Shown one piece after another: positions 52,898 through 54,146 of a stretch of DNA of 54,146 nt; within the stretch, counting starts at the first letter, position 1, and each line of letters begins with the position of its first letter. Below the pieces are notes generated by a model, which saw only the letters and a program-made list of their open reading frames with translations, searched no databases and had not been told where the DNA came from. The stretch spans positions 1 through 54,146 of the forward strand of contig CALJKZ010000121.1 of NCBI GenBank assembly GCA_937983085.1, given 5' to 3'. The DNA is from an uncultured Gemmatimonadales bacterium (lineage in GTDB: Bacteria; Gemmatimonadota; Gemmatimonadetes; Longimicrobiales; Gaopeijiaceae). The translations under genes and the position numbers were made by a program.

Positions 52898-54146
52898 GTG
52901 ACCCACACGTTGGCACGTGGGGCCGTGATGGTGGCGTTGGTGGCTGTGGCGTCCGTCGAGGTGGAGGGCCAGGCTTCCACCGTCCAGGGGCAGGTCCGGG
53001 ACGACGAGGGGAGCGCGGTCTTCGGAGCCACCGTGACGCTTCATCGGGGCGACCGACTTCTGTACGGAGCCGACTCGGATCGCTTGGGGTCCTTTCGGAT
53101 CTCCGAGGTCGCTCCGGGGCCCTACGAAATGCGGGTCCGCGCGCTGGGGTACGCCGAGTTGGTGCAGGACTTCGAGGTCGGATTCGCCACCACCCAGACG
53201 CTGGACCTTCGCCTGCGCCGGAGCGCGCTGCAGCTCGAGGGCATCTCGGTGGAGGCGGAGAGGAGCCGTCAGCGTCGGAGGTTCGAAGAGATCCCGGGGC
53301 CCACGGTGCGGGAGATGGACCGCAGTCAGGTGCGGTGGGTGCCGGGCGTAGCCGAACCCGATCCCGTGCGGGCCATCGAAGTCCTGCCGGGCGTGGTTTC
53401 CACCTCGGACTTCTCGGCGGCGTTCCACGTTCGCGGTGGGTCCCAGGACCAGAATCTCATTCTGCTGGACGGGATTCCCATCTTCTCGCCCTTCCACCTC
53501 GGCGGTCTGTTCTCGGTCTTCAATGCCGACATGATCGATCGGGTGGAACTCATGTCCGGTGGTTTTCCGGCCGAGCACGGGGGACGGGTCTCGTCGGTCC
53601 TCGACATCGACTCCGATCCTGGATCCGGCGATTTCGGCGTGGAAGGGGCAGTCTCCCTCCTGTCCAGTCGCGCGGCGGTAGCCGGTTCCTTGCCGAAGGG
53701 CTTCGCCGACGCGCTGGGGCACGCCAACGTCCGGTACCGGGTCTCGGCTCGGCGTTCGTACTTCGACGTCCTCTTCAAGCCCGCGTTCGAGTTTCCCTAC
53801 CACCTCACCGACCTCCAGGGCGTCATCGAGGGGTGGACCCGTTCGGGAGGCAGGATCACGGTGTCGGCGTACAGTGGCGAGGACGTCTTCGCCTTGACGT
53901 CGGTGGACGATCCGGACTTCCCTCTACGCGTGGACTGGGATTGGGGCAACGACGCCGTGGGCGCCCGTTGGACCCAGCCCAGGTCCGGCGGAGGTTCGTT
54001 CGACGTGCGGGCCAACGTCTCCCGCTTCGGGACCGGCCTCGTCTTCCCCGGCTTCGGCGTCACGGAGTTCGACAGCCGGATCCGCCAGGCGCAGCTTCGG
54101 ACCGCTCTGGATTCCCGGCCCACGCCGCGGTGGTCGCTCCAGACCG
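52898..54146 (+). CDS. TonB-dependent receptor with N-terminal carboxypeptidase-regulatory-like domain; 3' end cut by the window edge
   Basis: This ORF is not in the track because it has no stop inside the window. My translation is VTHTLARGAVMVALVAVASVEVEGQASTVQGQVRDDEGSAVFGATVTL...GSFRISEVAPGPYEMRV, then plug motifs PGVAEPDPVRAIEVLPGVVS, FHVRGGSQDQNLILLDGIPI and ELMSGGFPAEHGG. The start is GTG 52898 or ATG 52928. Confidence 0.8.
   Translation, partial: MTHTLARGAVMVALVAVASVEVEGQASTVQGQVRDDEGSAVFGATVTLHRGDRLLYGADSDRLGSFRISEVAPGPYEMRVRALGYAELVQDFEVGFATTQTLDLRLRRSALQLEGISVEAERSRQRRRFEEIPGPTVREMDRSQVRWVPGVAEPDPVRAIEVLPGVVSTSDFSAAFHVRGGSQDQNLILLDGIPIFSPFHLGGLFSVFNADMIDRVELMSGGFPAEHGGRVSSVLDIDSDPGSGDFGVEGAVSLLSSRAAVAGSLPKGFADALGHANVRYRVSARRSYFDVLFKPAFEFPYHLTDLQGVIEGWTRSGGRITVSAYSGEDVFALTSVDDPDFPLRVDWDWGNDAVGARWTQPRSGGGSFDVRANVSRFGTGLVFPGFGVTEFDSRIRQAQLRTALDSRPTPRWSLQT

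Noticed and set aside
50742-53803. The 724-aa and 658-aa minus-strand ORFs, which could be read as large fusion proteins (deacetylase fused to other domains).
   Set aside because: The recognisable domains begin at internal Mets (51830 and 52738). The upstream extensions are Arg/Pro-rich, overlap each other, and are antisense to the TonB-dependent receptor gene, whose plus-strand translation has clear plug-domain motifs.
1-54146. Defence island, prophage, integrative element, toxin-antitoxin pair or biosynthetic gene cluster.
   Set aside because: I see no integrase, transposase, recombinase, restriction/modification, Cas, reverse transcriptase, NTPase-nuclease pair, phage structural gene, tRNA attachment site, flanking direct repeats or large compositional break. 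No PKS, NRPS or RiPP hallmarks are present either.

Overview
This is a high-G+C, very gene-dense chromosomal segment. Real frames have almost only G/C at third codon positions, and most other long ORFs in the track are antisense or off-frame artefacts of that composition. I call 48 protein-coding genes that tile nearly the whole window. I recognise no rRNA, tRNA, CRISPR array, transposase, integrase or phage gene. All family calls come from motif recognition by eye, not from searches.

Gene content is mainly housekeeping and cell-envelope:
- Secreted or lipoprotein hydrolases: two S9 peptidases, an S41-like peptidase, two alpha/beta hydrolases, an amidase, a GH20 hexosaminidase, a D-aminoacylase-type amidohydrolase, an ENPP-type phosphodiesterase and an EEP nuclease/phosphatase.
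- Transport and outer membrane: a POT peptide transporter, several outer-membrane barrels and a TonB-dependent receptor.
- Ion transport: MscS, a CaCA antiporter and a voltage-gated K+ channel.
- Core genes: infA, a cyclophilin, an aminotransferase, a DEAD-box helicase and nudC.
- A split Ku / LigD end-joining locus.

The family mix (PadR plus an ADOP-type duplicated permease, a DUF5916/CBM9-like barrel, a DUF5777-like barrel, a PorV-like barrel) suggests a Gemmatimonadota- or Acidobacteriota-like lineage. That is inference only.

I do not see a convincing, coherent, previously undescribed multi-gene system. The best leads, all of moderate interest, are:
- a DEAD-box/DbpA paralogue in which every ATPase motif is degenerate, abutted to an orphan ORF;
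- a stand-alone GGDEF domain with a destroyed active site but an intact RxxD I-site;
- Ku and LigD separated by three membrane-protein genes, two of which carry similar zinc ribbons, with a MerR-TPR regulator behind ku;
- a structured 331-bp PadR/Usp divergent intergenic region with a 9-bp-arm palindrome, a hairpin and four tandem 22-bp repeats.

Start/stop overlaps between adjacent genes are pervasive here, so an overlap alone is weak evidence of functional linkage.
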